DNA of 6,195 bases from an archaeon (GTDB taxonomy: Archaea > Iainarchaeota > Iainarchaeia > Iainarchaeales > CSSED10-239). This document shows, piece by piece, positions 4,726 to 6,195 of this stretch. Made by a program: the position numbers and the translations under genes. The first letter of the stretch is position 1; each line of letters begins with the position of its first letter. The stretch lies in NCBI GenBank assembly GCA_041677685.1, contig JBAYPN010000034.1, positions 1 to 6,195 of the forward strand. Direction: 5' to 3'. Below the pieces are notes generated by a model, which was not told the origin of the DNA, searched no databases, and was given only the letters and a program-made list of their open reading frames with translations.

Positions 4726-6117
4726 TCAAATTAAAAACTTCTCTTTTGATAAAAAGAAATCTGAAAAAAAATCAATTAGATTTTCTCTTGATAAATAGAG
4801 TTCTTTAATTTCATCACCAACATACAATTTTATACCTAAATCAAAATTCTTAATTACATAATCATAGATTATAGATTTTGCATCACGCCTATCCCTTTGC
4901 CTTACAGCATACCATCTGTTGTCTTTAACATAAGGCCCAAAGACAGCTCTTGTGTTATCTAAATAATTCTGAGAGTTTTTAAAATCAGACACAAGAGGGC
5001 CAATTACTTTTTTTAGTTTTGGAAGTTCAAGAGTATCAAGCATCAATATCAAATAACATTTGTCTTGCCCTTCTTTATGATAGATATCATATTTAAGAAC
5101 ATCAAAATCACAAAATTCCAAATGAGCTAATAGTTTTTTTGTGTTCCTCTTAACTTTTGACCAAACAATCTCCTTTAACATGTCCTTAACATCAAATTCA
5201 ATTGTAATTATTGAAAAAGTTTCAAGCCTTCCCACCAACTGATGGTAAGTCATTTGTTTATTTATTTTTTTAAAGAATAAATCTGTGTTTGGATTTTCTA
5301 AAAATACTCGTGATGCTGCAATAAATATACTTAGTTGTCTATCACTTACAACTGAAGCAACATTTCTGTTATTGTCAACTGGGTCAATAACAACTAAGGA
5401 ATCATTAAACCTAGAAAGATTAACATGCTGTTCTTTTAGCAAGGTAAACTTAACTGGAGAAGTCCAACTTGAAACATGCGAAAGTAAATTAATAAAATCC
5501 CCATAATAAAGAATTAACAATTCACATAGATATCCTGAAAATCCTGAAATTGAAGAATCAGCACCATAACAATTTATTTGCTTTAGAAAATATTTTAAAA
5601 GTCTTACTTCATCTTTTTGATAAGTGGTTATGTTTTTGTCCACAAACAAAAGATGCAAGGCAGTTCTGTCAACTGCAGAAATAATTTCATCTCCTGGTTC
5701 AATCTTGTAAGCAGGAACCACCTCTACCTTATACCCATCAATAACACCTCTAATATATGGGTGTTGAGAATATGCCTTTTCCCAAAAATGACCTTTAAAG
5801 ACTTTCTGAGCAGTCTCTAGACCTTCATTAACAAACTCTTCTTTAGGGAAGTGAGGAGGGTAAAGAACAAAGATATCAAAGTCTTTTGAATCTTTTAGAT
5901 TTGTGCCTTTTCCAAATGATCCTGCAATGATTGCAAGAAGATGATTTCCTCTTATCTTTTCAATTTTTTTAAGAATTGAATCTACAAATTTTTTTTCTAC
6001 TAATAGCTGCTTTGTTGAGGGCTTAATTAAACTTAATACTTCTTTTCTTGTCTTTTTGTAGATAGACAACTTAGATTTATCTAGATTTATTTTAACCATA
6101 TAATTATATAGTAACAT
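4726..6117 (-). CDS. cca: CCA-adding enzyme (tRNA nucleotidyltransferase), archaeal class I
   Basis: The class I active-site motif GSFGKGTNLKDSKDFDIFVLYP is at nt 5866-5922, with the D-x-D carboxylates in DFD. It matches the archaeal GS....T.L......D.D.F.L.P pattern. Downstream conserved blocks are HPYIRG, KVEVVPAY, SAVDRTALH (compare AVDRTPFH), and DEVRLLKYFLKQINCYGADSSISGFSGYLCELLILYYG (compare RLLK.FLK...YGAE....GFSGY.CELL). The start is ambiguous between ATG at 6117 and ATG at 6099 (Met7). Confidence 0.92.
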   Translation of the reverse strand: MLLYNYMVKINLDKSKLSIYKKTRKEVLSLIKPSTKQLLVEKKFVDSILKKIEKIRGNHLLAIIAGSFGKGTNLKDSKDFDIFVLYPPHFPKEEFVNEGLETAQKVFKGHFWEKAYSQHPYIRGVIDGYKVEVVPAYKIEPGDEIISAVDRTALHLLFVDKNITTYQKDEVRLLKYFLKQINCYGADSSISGFSGYLCELLILYYGDFINLLSHVSSWTSPVKFTLLKEQHVNLSRFNDSLVVIDPVDNNRNVASVVSDRQLSIFIAASRVFLENPNTDLFFKKINKQMTYHQLVGRLETFSIITIEFDVKDMLKEIVWSKVKRNTKKLLAHLEFCDFDVLKYDIYHKEGQDKCYLILMLDTLELPKLKKVIGPLVSDFKNSQNYLDNTRAVFGPYVKDNRWYAVRQRDRRDAKSIIYDYVIKNFDLGIKLYVGDEIKELYLSRENLIDFFSDFFLSKEKFLI

Positions 6118-6195
6118 ACATGTTTTAAAGTTTATTTATAAGAATAATATTTATGATTAAAGAACAATTAATTAAAGAAATTAAAAAATTAAAAA

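Noticed and set aside
5285-5820. Plus-strand ORFs 5285-5506 and 5617-5820
   Set aside because: They are antisense within the well-supported cca gene.
6153-6195. Start of a possible plus-strand CDS (MIKEQLIKEIKKLK...)
   Set aside because: Only 14 codons are visible in extremely AT-rich sequence, so it cannot be supported as a feature. It is mentioned only in a low-interest finding.
1-6195. CRISPR arrays, IS elements/transposases, integrases, rRNA, toxin-antitoxin pairs
   Set aside because: There are no regularly spaced direct repeats and no long terminal inverted repeats. No ORF has recognisable DDE, tyrosine-recombinase or serine-recombinase motifs. The only DNA-level repeats are the in-frame repeats of the first gene and the two tRNA paralogues.

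Overview
The window is strongly AT-rich and compact, and it looks archaeal. The evidence is a class I (archaeal-type) CCA-adding enzyme, tRNA genes without encoded CCA, A-rich/TATA-like boxes about 26 nt upstream of the tRNA 5' ends, and oligo-T runs after genes. A small-genome, DPANN-like lineage is a guess from composition only. All but one of the features lie on the minus strand. In minus-strand order they are: cca (6117->4726); tRNA-Ser(CGA) (4649->4567); a 537-nt spacer with no long ORF; tRNA-Ser(UGA) (4029->3947); a 974-aa HerA/FtsK-superfamily P-loop ATPase with large non-canonical N- and C-terminal extensions (3848->924); and a tightly coupled 95-aa orphan ORF (910->623). A 5'-truncated plus-strand gene (1..555) encoding a tandem-repeat protein converges on this block. 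I see no CRISPR array, transposase, integrase, rRNA or recognisable nuclease or toxin. The most interesting candidate is the atypical HerA-like ATPase and its small partner, sitting directly downstream of a tRNA pair. The second is the oddly composed spacer between the twin tRNA-Ser genes. All functional statements beyond the motif level are inference and need profile or structure searches that I cannot run here.
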